DNA of 64,000 nt from Planctomycetales bacterium. GTDB taxonomy: Bacteria > Planctomycetota > Phycisphaerae > SM23-33. Numbering within the stretch: the stretch's first letter is position 1; the number at the start of each line of letters is the position of its first letter. The translations under genes and the position numbers were made by a program. The notes beneath the pieces are model-generated. The model was not told the DNA's origin, did not search any database, and worked only from the letters and a program-made list of their open reading frames with translations. The stretch spans positions 33,800 through 97,799 of the forward strand of contig JAUWNJ010000009.1 of assembly GCA_030612725.1 (NCBI GenBank). Reading direction: 5' to 3'. Shown one piece after another: positions 1-8,162 of this stretch.

Positions 1-1
1 G

Positions 2-166
2 GCTGTTATCGAAAGTGATCCCGCAGAACCGAAACAGGAAACCCCACCTGAAAAAGAAGAACCGACCAACGATGACGCAGCCGAGAAGCAACAGGAATAT
101 CCAGCCCTGCGCGCAATGCTGCAAAGAATGAATGAAACCGCCGAAGTGCACGACCCTGTAAAGTAA
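2..166 (+). CDS. 3' end of a gene truncated by the window edge (acidic/Pro-rich tail)
   Basis: Open frame from base 2 (AVIESDPAEPKQETPPEKEE...HDPVK) to TAA at 164-166, directly upstream of the next + strand gene. Confidence 0.5.
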   Translation, partial: AVIESDPAEPKQETPPEKEEPTNDDAAEKQQEYPALRAMLQRMNETAEVHDPVK

Positions 167-194
167 TCAGTCCGAAAAGAAATCGGAAGACTTA

Positions 195-1229
195 ATGGAG
201 AAGAACAAAAATAATCCGGTGGAAGGCCGGCTCGGTATTCCATCTCCGACCAAAACGAAACCACACACAAAATCTACAAGAAAAAAGACCAATTACGGGT
301 TTGAGCGGCTTGGAATTATTTCCGATACGGAACCGGAATCCGACAAGCCGGTTTCGGAATTACCCGAAAAGCAAAAGATCCCCCTACCCCCTACCAACGC
401 CGCCCAGCCAATCGCAGTTTCGCCGGTGTCCAAAGAGATAACCGGACAATCCGAATCGAGCGAAACGCCGAAGACAGAACATCGCTACGCCATTTCAGGC
501 AAACTTGCGAGATATAAAAATATATTGGCCCGGAGAAAAACAAAGAAAATCCTGCTTCTCACCGGAATTCCCGTTATCGCGATGACTTTGATTCTCTGGA
601 TCAGTTTCGACGACGTGGAAACCACTCCGCAATCCGCCTCCGCAACTGATCAATCGCATTCGGACCAGGCCGCCAGGAAACATGTAACCGGGAACACCGC
701 CAAACCCACAAAGCCTGCCCTAGTAAAAATACCGCAGCACACCGAATCGGAGCAGGCAATCCCGGCTGAGACACCGGCGACATCAACCATTCATGAAGTC
801 CTCAAGTTCCTGTCGAAAATGGAACCCGAACCCAAAACAATCACTCCCGTGCCGGCGCAGGTCGAACCTTCTCAAAAGCCCGACAAACCGAAAGATGCAG
901 ACCCCAAACCGGTAGTAAAAACCGCTCCGATAATCGCTTTGGCACCGCAGCGGTTAGGGATTAGGCTCGGCGGGATAATGCGCGGGGCCGACGGAAAGAT
1001 CGCTCTAATCAATAACCGGTCCGTCAAGGTCGGGCAGACCGTCAACAACGCCAAAGTTGTCCATATAGGCGATTTCTCTGTTGAGGTTGAACTCGACGGC
1101 AAGAGATACCTTGTCGCAATTTCTTCTACGCCACCTGTAAAGACATCGAACGGGGACAAGGATGAATCTTCCGATTCCGATTCCGATGATGATGAGGCTG
1201 AATCAGAAACCGAAGAAGAAGAGGAATAA
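195..1229 (+). CDS. Membrane-anchored protein with C-terminal GspB/MshK-like domain
   Basis: One TM helix (ILLLTGIPVIAMTLILWI), long Pro-rich linker, then LGGIMRGADGKIALINNRSVKVGQTVNNAKVVHIG, typical of T2SS GspB-type domains. Confidence 0.6.
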   Translation: MEKNKNNPVEGRLGIPSPTKTKPHTKSTRKKTNYGFERLGIISDTEPESDKPVSELPEKQKIPLPPTNAAQPIAVSPVSKEITGQSESSETPKTEHRYAISGKLARYKNILARRKTKKILLLTGIPVIAMTLILWISFDDVETTPQSASATDQSHSDQAARKHVTGNTAKPTKPALVKIPQHTESEQAIPAETPATSTIHEVLKFLSKMEPEPKTITPVPAQVEPSQKPDKPKDADPKPVVKTAPIIALAPQRLGIRLGGIMRGADGKIALINNRSVKVGQTVNNAKVVHIGDFSVEVELDGKRYLVAISSTPPVKTSNGDKDESSDSDSDDDEAESETEEEEE

Positions 1230-1278
1230 CGTCCTCCAGGAATACCCGGACGATTCGCTCCAACCCAGCCTGCAACTC

Positions 1279-2784
1279 TTATCGGCCTAATTTTTCCTGC
1301 AGGAGTTTTTGGACTTCTGCCGGTGTGGCTGCACCGCGAGATAACTGCATCACCTGACCGGTCAGAAAACCGAAGGCTTTTTTCTGCTTCTTCCCGCCGG
1401 CATGGACGTCTTCGACAGCCTGGGGATTTTTTGCAATGGCCTCGTCCACCCACTCGGTAATTTTGCCCGCGTCGGAGACGGCCAGCAGGCCTTCCGACTC
1501 GGCGATTTTGGCGGGCAAGGCGTCCGAATCGACCACTATGTCAAATATTTTATCAGCGGCAGTGGCATTTACTTCGCCTTTGGTGAGCATCTTAGCCAAG
1601 TCGGGAAGTTGCACGTCACTGATGCCGATTTTGCCAATCACACAGCCACGCTCATTGGCGATGGCGGCACCCCTGCCCAACAAGAGATTAACGACACGCT
1701 TGGGATCGGCTCCGGCCTCGACTGAATGATCGCACAAGTCGCTAGTGGCAATATCCTGCGTTAGGGCATCGGCTTCTTTTTCGGTGAGTTTCCATTCGGT
1801 TAGGTACCGCCTCTGCCGAGCAATCGGAAGTTCGCCAACTTCGTCGAGTTCGTTGCGTATCTTCTGCCTCCATGCGTCATCGACCACTACCGGCGCGAGG
1901 TCCGGCTCGGGGAAGTAGCGATAATCGTGGGCCTCCTCTTTGCCGCGCTGGAATTCGCAGGCGTTCAGGTTGTCGCGGAAACCCCAGTTTTGTTTGCCGA
2001 CATCGGCCAGCGACCAGGCTTTGCCTTTTTCGGCAATCTGGGCCTGGTGGTAGTCAATCACCCACTGGCACGTCCGCTCCAGTGAGCGGAAAGAGTTGAG
2101 ATTCTTGACCTCGAAGATGGGCGTGAAGTAGCCGGCGGACTCGTCGAAAACTTTCTCCGGGTCGCCGACCCACAGAGAGATGTTCGGCTCGAAGCGCATC
2201 TGCCCCATTTCCATATTTGCGTGCGAAACGCCAAGCCAGCGAACCAGCCGGTGCATTGAGCGGGCAAACGACATGACCTCTTCGACGTTTCGCAGGTCCG
2301 GCTCGGTAACGATCTCCAGCAGCGGGATGCCCGCGCGGTTCAGGTCCACGCCCGTATGGGCTGGGAAGTCGTGGACGTTCTTGCCGGCATCTTCTTCCAG
2401 GTGGGCGCGAGTGATGTCGATTCTTTTTACCTTATTTCCCGCCAGCGGGATATCAAGATGGCCTGCGATTGCCAACGGCAGGTCGTATTGGCTTATCTGG
2501 TAATTCTTTGGCAGGTCAGGATAGTAGTAACTTTTGCGGTCCCACTTGGTGAAGTTCGGCACGGTACAGTTCAGCGCCAGCCCGACCTTCATGGAATACT
2601 CGACTGCCTTTTGGTTCATCACCGGCATCGCGCCGGGCATGCCTATACAGACCGGGCAGGTATGGGTATTAGGCGGATCGCCGAAGCGGTTGGCGCACCG
2701 ACAGAAAATCTTCGTCTCGGTCGCCAGTTCGACGTGAATCTCCAACCCAATCACCGGAAGCATGTTGTCTTGCATATCGCCCAT
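1279..2784 (-). CDS. gatB: Asp/Glu-tRNA amidotransferase subunit B
   Basis: VIGLEIHVEL, DRKSYYYPDLPKNYQISQ, HLEEDAGK, DLNRAGIPLLEIVTEPD, KEEAHDYRYFPEPDL. Confidence 0.97.
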   Translation of the reverse strand: MGDMQDNMLPVIGLEIHVELATETKIFCRCANRFGDPPNTHTCPVCIGMPGAMPVMNQKAVEYSMKVGLALNCTVPNFTKWDRKSYYYPDLPKNYQISQYDLPLAIAGHLDIPLAGNKVKRIDITRAHLEEDAGKNVHDFPAHTGVDLNRAGIPLLEIVTEPDLRNVEEVMSFARSMHRLVRWLGVSHANMEMGQMRFEPNISLWVGDPEKVFDESAGYFTPIFEVKNLNSFRSLERTCQWVIDYHQAQIAEKGKAWSLADVGKQNWGFRDNLNACEFQRGKEEAHDYRYFPEPDLAPVVVDDAWRQKIRNELDEVGELPIARQRRYLTEWKLTEKEADALTQDIATSDLCDHSVEAGADPKRVVNLLLGRGAAIANERGCVIGKIGISDVQLPDLAKMLTKGEVNATAADKIFDIVVDSDALPAKIAESEGLLAVSDAGKITEWVDEAIAKNPQAVEDVHAGGKKQKKAFGFLTGQVMQLSRGAATPAEVQKLLQEKLGR

Positions 2785-2869
2785 TCTTTCAGCCTCGAAG
2801 CGGCGGGAAACTACTTTCCAGACAAAGCCTGGTCCTAAATCCCAGGTCCCTGTTTTTTATGATAACATC

Positions 2870-2897
2870 TTGACAAAATTTCGATTTAAGTTATACT
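2870..2897 (+). promoter_or_regulatory. sigma70-type promoter
   Basis: TTGACA (2870-2875), 16 bp, TATACT (2892-2897) upstream of the small PEP-CTERM gene. Confidence 0.7.
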
Positions 2898-3037
2898 TAA
2901 AAATGGAGGCAACCTCGACCGAGTGGTTGCAGGTGTTTACAGGTTTCATTGTATATCCACTCGTCGGCCCGCCGACCTTGCCTCCTCTTTGTTCACTTTT
3001 GAGTCAAATCCTCGCATCGGAAACAAGGGGTGGGAAA

Positions 3038-3331
3038 ATGAAGAAGAGGACAAAGCGCGTCTGTACCGTTTGTGTGCTTTTGGTAATCTGCACGTCTGCA
3101 TCGGCTTCGGTTACCATCACGCCGCAAGACGGAACTCAGCCTGCGCCGGGGCAGCCTGTATGGTACGGCACAACCGATACCCGGCTTGATCAAAGCGATT
3201 CCGATGAAAACAAAGTCGGTTACAGCGGCTCGACAATCTATATTGTTCCCGAACCGGCCACGTTGAGTCTGCTTGTGATCGGCGGGGCAGGAGTGCTGCT
3301 GGTCGCCAGAAGGCGGCTCGCGCACCCGTAA
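3038..3331 (+). CDS. Small PEP-CTERM sorting-domain protein (97 aa)
   Basis: Signal peptide MKKRTKRV...ASA; C-terminal VPEPATLSLLVIGGAGVLLVARRR; GGGG-rich RBS before ATG 3038. Confidence 0.85.
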   Translation: MKKRTKRVCTVCVLLVICTSASASVTITPQDGTQPAPGQPVWYGTTDTRLDQSDSDENKVGYSGSTIYIVPEPATLSLLVIGGAGVLLVARRRLAHP

Positions 3332-3346
3332 AAAACACCGAGGCCG

Positions 3347-4645
3347 TTACGCTGATTCTTTTTTTCTGGTCAATGCGGCGCGGAGCGTGGGTTTCAGGTT
3401 TGACGCGAGCATTTTTTCGGTAACGACGTATCGTTGTCCGTCGGCTTCGGCTTCGGGGAGTTCGTACATTAATTCCAGCATGAAATCCTCGATTACGTTT
3501 CTCAATGCGCGTGCTCCGGTGTCGAGTTTCATTGCCCGATGAGCGATGTACTTCAACGCTGCCGGATGGAATTCCAGTTCGGCGTCTTCCATTTCAAAGA
3601 ACCGTTTATACTGCCTGACAAGCGCGTTCTTCGGCTCGGTCAGAATTTTCACCAGCGCGTCCTCGTCCAGCGGCCCAAGAGTGGTGATACATGGAAGACG
3701 ACCGACGAATTCGGGGATCATCCCGTACTCGACCATGTCGTCAGGCTGGACCATTTCCATTACCTTGGCGTGTTCGGCTGCGGATTCTTCGGGGTGGTCT
3801 TCGCTGCTGAAACCGATTAGTTGCCGGCCCAGGCGTTTTTTGACGATGTCTTCCAATCCCGTGAATGTCCCGCCGCAGATAAACAGGATTTGCTTCGTAT
3901 CGATCTGGATGTACTGCTGTTCGGGATGTTTTCGTCCGCCCTGCGGGGGTACGTTGGCGAGCGTTCCTTCGAGCATTTTCAGAAGCGCCTGCTGGACGCC
4001 TTCGCCGGAGACGTCGCGGGTGATGGAGACGTTCTGCGAGGTCTTTCCGATTTTGTCTATTTCGTCGATGTAGATTATTCCGCGTTGTGCCGCTTCGATG
4101 TCGAAGTCGGCTGACTGAAGCAGTTTCAGCAGGATGTTCTCGACGTCTTCGCCGACGTATCCCGCTTCGGTCAGCGTGGTGGCGTCGCCGATGGCGAATG
4201 GCACATCCAGTACCCGCGAGAGCGTCCGCGCAAGCAGCGTTTTTCCGCATCCGGTCGGGCCTATCAGCAGGACGTTGGACTTATCCAGTTCTACTCCGTT
4301 ATTTTCGTCCTCGATGTGGTTCAGACGTTTGTAGTGGTTGTGCACAGCCACGGACAGAACTCGCTTCGCGTGGTCCTGGCCGACGACGTACTCATCGAGG
4401 AATTCTTTTATCCGGCTTGGCGCAGGGACGCTTTCGGGCGTGATGGCCCCAGCGGTGTCCTGGCGGCGTTCCTGTTTGATTATGGTTTGGCACAGATCAA
4501 TGCATCCGGCGCATATCCGCACGCCGTCGGGACCTTCGACAACCGGGCCGACCTCCCGACCGCTCCTGCCACAAAAACTGCACACCTCCGACGTCTTGCC
4601 TCGCGGCAGACGGGGATGATCGCCTTTATCTGAACGTTTTGTCAT
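3347..4645 (-). CDS. clpX: ATP-dependent Clp protease ATP-binding subunit ClpX
   Basis: Zn finger CSFCG...ICAGC, Walker [34 protein letters not shown] loop; start placed at MTKRS. Confidence 0.97.
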   Translation of the reverse strand: MTKRSDKGDHPRLPRGKTSEVCSFCGRSGREVGPVVEGPDGVRICAGCIDLCQTIIKQERRQDTAGAITPESVPAPSRIKEFLDEYVVGQDHAKRVLSVAVHNHYKRLNHIEDENNGVELDKSNVLLIGPTGCGKTLLARTLSRVLDVPFAIGDATTLTEAGYVGEDVENILLKLLQSADFDIEAAQRGIIYIDEIDKIGKTSQNVSITRDVSGEGVQQALLKMLEGTLANVPPQGGRKHPEQQYIQIDTKQILFICGGTFTGLEDIVKKRLGRQLIGFSSEDHPEESAAEHAKVMEMVQPDDMVEYGMIPEFVGRLPCITTLGPLDEDALVKILTEPKNALVRQYKRFFEMEDAELEFHPAALKYIAHRAMKLDTGARALRNVIEDFMLELMYELPEAEADGQRYVVTEKMLASNLKPTLRAALTRKKESA

Positions 4646-4727
4646 ATCAATTCCCTGAGTGCCAATCCTGTGTTTATAGACTCCACCGGTGATTACATCG
4701 ACCGGCTGAAACCATCGCATTAGTGCT

Positions 4728-4754
4728 TTATCGGCATCGACTCAAACTCTTTTA
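4728..4754 (-). promoter_or_regulatory. sigma28 (FliA)-type promoter upstream of clpX
   Basis: Minus strand reads TAAA-N15-GCCGATAA, an exact match to the sigma28 consensus. Confidence 0.6.
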
Positions 4755-5066
4755 TTGTTCGGGCGCATCCGGGTCGGTCAGACCAAGAGCGGACCGACGA
4801 GCGAGCCGATACTCTTCCTCCGTCAGAACACCTTCATTGCGAAGACGATCAATTTGCTCAATCGTAAAACCGGTGCGGTGCTTATCGCCTTTGCTCAGAG
4901 CCATCCATCGCAGGATATAAACTACCACGCCCAATATAAGCACGGCGGCCACCAGCACAGCGAACCACAGACCGATTTTCGCAAGTCCCGGCTGGCCTTG
5001 CCCGGCAATGACAAATGCTATCGACACCATTAATATCAGTGTACTGCGTCGGCAGCGGGTTATCAA
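4752..5066 (-). CDS. Small membrane protein with SHOCT-like C-terminus
   Basis: Hydrophobic helices followed by IDRLRNEGVLTEEEY (SHOCT pattern). Confidence 0.65.
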   Translation of the reverse strand: MITRCRRSTLILMVSIAFVIAGQGQPGLAKIGLWFAVLVAAVLILGVVVYILRWMALSKGDKHRTGFTIEQIDRLRNEGVLTEEEYRLARRSALGLTDPDAPEQ

Positions 5067-5129
5067 TTAAAACCCCTCTACCGGTTATGGACCACGATTT
5101 GTTATACTGTTGGTTTGCGAGGTTTGAAA

Positions 5130-6476
5130 ATGAAGGTTCACATCGAAACGATGGGCTGTCAGATGAACGTGCTGGACAGCGAGATTCTCCGTTCGCTTCT
5201 GGCGTCGGCGGGGATGGAATTGGTCGATGACGCGCTGTCGGCTGACGTGCTGCTGTATAACACCTGTTCGGTCCGCGACCAGGCGGAGAATAAGGTCCAC
5301 TCGCACCTGGGGCGGGCGTGTGGGAAAAAGGCCAACGGCAGGGAAATCGTTATCGGCGTGCTGGGTTGCATGGCCCAGCGGTTCGGGACCGAACTCATCA
5401 AGCGGCACAGAGGCGTCGATATTGTCGCGGGTCCGGGACAACTGGGGCGACTGGTCGAGTTGATTCAGTTAGTCACCGACGGTCAGGGCCCGCAGGTTGC
5501 TCTTGACTCATCGAGAAACAAGACCCATGCCGATGATGTCGTCGAGTTTCTCGACCATTATCGCGACCCGAACCGTTGCCACCTTCCGGGCCAGGCGTAC
5601 GTTCGCATTATGCGAGGCTGCGACAAGTTCTGCACCTACTGCATCGTTCCCTACGTCCGTGGACCCGAGCGGAGCCGACCGCCGGACGACATTATCGAAG
5701 AGGTTCGTCGGCTCGTCGATGCCGGCGTAACACAGGTAACGCTGCTTGGTCAGACGGTCAATTCCTATCACTCCGGCAGCACCGGATTGGCTGACCTGCT
5801 CAGCCGATTGGATACAGTGGCGGGTCTGAAGCGGGTTCGCTTTGTAACGTCTTATCCGGGCGATTTTGACCGGGCGATTTTTCAGGCGATGCGGGATTTG
5901 CCGAAGGCCTGCGAATATCTGCACATCCCCGCCCAGTCAGGTTCGGATAACATGCTGCGTGCGATGGGGCGCCGCTACAGCAGGGGCGAATACGACGACC
6001 TCATCGCCGCTGCCCGCCAAACCGTTCCGGGTATCGCAATCGTCGGCGATTTTATCGTCGGTTTCCCCGGCGAGACCCAAGCGGATTTCGACGCATCAGC
6101 CGACCTTATCCGGCAAAGCGGATACAGGAACTCGTATATTTTCAAGTACTCGCCCCGCCCCGGAACGACCGGGGCAAAACGCCTGGCAGACGACATACCC
6201 GAAGATGTCAAACGAAGCCGGAACCGCGAACTGCTTGCAGTGCAGCAAGAGGTCTCGCTGGCTGACAATCGCGCGCTTACAGGCCAAACAGTCGAGATTC
6301 TAGTCGAGGGTCCTTCGCCCCGTGCGAATAGGCAGCCAAACTCTCAAAACCAACTCGTCGGGCGAACGCGGACCGATCACATCGTCGTCTTCGACGGAGC
6401 CAAAAATCTCGCCGGTCAATATGCAAATGTAAAAATAACCAACGCAACAGCCTTAACGCTGTTTGGCCAATTGTAA
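5130..6476 (+). CDS. miaB: tRNA-i6A37 methylthiotransferase
   Basis: TMGCQMN, NTCSVR, GCMAQ, radical SAM GCDKFCTYC, C-terminal TRAM domain. Confidence 0.95.
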   Translation: MKVHIETMGCQMNVLDSEILRSLLASAGMELVDDALSADVLLYNTCSVRDQAENKVHSHLGRACGKKANGREIVIGVLGCMAQRFGTELIKRHRGVDIVAGPGQLGRLVELIQLVTDGQGPQVALDSSRNKTHADDVVEFLDHYRDPNRCHLPGQAYVRIMRGCDKFCTYCIVPYVRGPERSRPPDDIIEEVRRLVDAGVTQVTLLGQTVNSYHSGSTGLADLLSRLDTVAGLKRVRFVTSYPGDFDRAIFQAMRDLPKACEYLHIPAQSGSDNMLRAMGRRYSRGEYDDLIAAARQTVPGIAIVGDFIVGFPGETQADFDASADLIRQSGYRNSYIFKYSPRPGTTGAKRLADDIPEDVKRSRNRELLAVQQEVSLADNRALTGQTVEILVEGPSPRANRQPNSQNQLVGRTRTDHIVVFDGAKNLAGQYANVKITNATALTLFGQL

Positions 6477-6515
6477 AACCGCCCCCCAGGGACGTCCCCA
6501 GGAGACGCTTGCGGT

Positions 6516-7319
6516 TTAGCGTATAAACCAATCACGAAGCACGTCCCAGGCTTCGATCCCCGCGAATATCAGCCAGGAGATGTTGACGGCTGTGATGACG
6601 TCGTAGGGTATCGTCATCCGGCTCCACCGCCACAGGCGAATCTTAAGCCACCAGTTCCCCTTGCGCGGATCGGTTACTGGACTCTTTCCGTCTATGACAG
6701 CCTTTGTGTAAAAAATCCTGCGAAGGACGGTCAGCAGGGGCAATGCCGCCTGCTGGAGGACCATTGCCGGGACGTTGTAGGCGAAGGTTCCGATGAGAAT
6801 GGCAGCCGACCGCTCGCCCCGCTGCCAGTAGCCGACGGTGCAGGACGTGATGATGTCTTCCGCCCGGGCGCGAGTGTACGAAATCATAAACGCATTGAAA
6901 AACGCCAGCATACTCAGGAAGACGAATGTAACGTTAGCCGGCGACCGGGCGGCGTAATAGACGGCGATACCGGCATAGACGGCGAAATCGCTGTAGCGGT
7001 CGAGCGTGCTGTCGAGGAATGCGCCGAAGGGCGTTTTCTTATCGGCGATGCGTGCCACGGCTCCGTCGAGCATGTCGCAGGCAGACGATAGTATCAGCAG
7101 CCCGCCGGCCAGCAGGAGGTACGCATTTGCGCCGCTATATGGATCGAGCGTCCATGCGAATCGGCTTCCCGCGCCGATGGCGTAGCAGACCCCCGCAGCC
7201 GCTGTGATGACCATCCCCGTCAACGTCAGCGCATTGGGCGAGACACCGACTTTGATAAGCCCGCGCGCGACGAAATCGCGTGCAATCATAAACCCGTTAC
7301 CAATCGCCCGTCCGATCAT
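6516..7319 (-). CDS. CDP-alcohol phosphatidyltransferase, phosphatidylinositol-phosphate synthase-like
   Basis: Signature DMLDGAVAR...GAFLDSTLDRYSD; SPNALT; ISYTRARAE resembles PIP/AIP synthases; start placed at MIGRAIG. Confidence 0.85.
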   Translation of the reverse strand: MIGRAIGNGFMIARDFVARGLIKVGVSPNALTLTGMVITAAAGVCYAIGAGSRFAWTLDPYSGANAYLLLAGGLLILSSACDMLDGAVARIADKKTPFGAFLDSTLDRYSDFAVYAGIAVYYAARSPANVTFVFLSMLAFFNAFMISYTRARAEDIITSCTVGYWQRGERSAAILIGTFAYNVPAMVLQQAALPLLTVLRRIFYTKAVIDGKSPVTDPRKGNWWLKIRLWRWSRMTIPYDVITAVNISWLIFAGIEAWDVLRDWFIR

Positions 7320-7370
7320 GTGGCTGAATGTACGACAATCCGGCAAAGCAAGCAAGTCAAGACGGGTGGC

Positions 7371-7776
7371 GTAGCCGCAGTCCGTAGTCCGTAGTCCGTA
7401 GGACTCTGCGAGGACTCTGCGAGGACTCTGCGAGAACCCAGATGGGGAACAAAAACGGAACGAAACGGAACGAAACGGAACGATTGGGAACAATTGGGAA
7501 CGATTGGGAACGATTGGGAACGAATGGGAACAATTGGGAACGATTGGGAACAATTGGGAAAGTTTCCAAAATCCACAAATCCTTGCGAGCCAAGCGTTTA
7601 TGTTTTTTGAGGTCATTTTTCCACCCATTTTAAAAAATCCGCCATTGCCTGGCTTGCCTAAACGGCCCAAGTTGATGGTTGACTGGTTGACTGGTTGACT
7701 GGTTGATTGGTTGATTGGTTCATCTGTTTTTCTTTTCCCTAGTCCCAAGTCCCAAGTCCCTAGTCCCTAGTCCCTA
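7371..7776. repeat. Composite cluster of short tandem repeats (7-, 11-, 10-, 8- and 7-bp units)
   Basis: (CCGTAGT)n ~7375-7401; (AGGACTCTGCG)x3 7400-7432; GGAACGAAAC/GGAACRATTG ~11-12 units 7446-7560; GGTTGA(C/T)T ~6 units 7670-7720; CCC(T/A)AGT x5 7737-7776. Confidence 0.95.
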
Positions 7777-7800
7777 TCTGTCCTCTACATTATCTTTTGC

Positions 7801-7937
7801 GTTCGCGTTTGCGCGCGCAAAGGCGAACACAAAACGGATAGCGACGCCATAAGTCCTTGGTGGCCTTAGGAAAAGTTTTTTTGGAATTTTTCATCTCCCC
7901 GATTTTTACGTTCGCCTTTGCGCGCGCAGATGCGAAC
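7801..7937. repeat. Pair of ~28-bp imperfect palindromes
   Basis: GTTCGCGTTTGCGCGCGCAAAGGCGAAC (7801-7828) and GTTCGCCTTTGCGCGCGCAGATGCGAAC (7910-7937). Confidence 0.8.
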
Positions 7938-7977
7938 AGATGGATTTTTTCATGGTTTTGAATGTGTGTCCTGATAC

Positions 7978-8087
7978 GGGTGCCGTGGCCGCTGCGTTTG
8001 CCTGCCCCCAGGGGGCGGCTACGCGGAGATGCGAACGTGAACGTGGTCGCCCCCTGGGGGCAGGCAAACACCGCGGTCACGGCACCC
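7978..8087. repeat. GGGTGCC...GGCACCC palindromic element, copy 1
   Basis: Arms GGGTGCCGTGGCCGC..GTTTGC / GCAAACACCGCGGTCACGGCACCC; related copy at 10697-10776. Confidence 0.9.
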
Positions 8088-8162
8088 GGCTCGATGGAAA
8101 AATCTTGTAGAGCGGCATATTGCGGAATACACTTTTTATGGTTCATTAAGGAGTATAGGGCG

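Noticed and set aside
7446-7560. Possible CRISPR array
   Set aside because: 10-bp head-to-tail units with no unique spacers, and no cas genes in the window
7574-7602. dif-like or tyrosine-recombinase site (CACAAATCCTTG-N5-CAAGCGTTTATG)
   Set aside because: Only 9 of 12 arm positions pair; cannot be distinguished from chance
7320-8162. N-terminal extensions of the 410-aa and 911-aa ORFs and several short ORFs here
   Set aside because: They are translations of repeats and palindromes; family similarity begins at 7319 (-) and 8163 (+)
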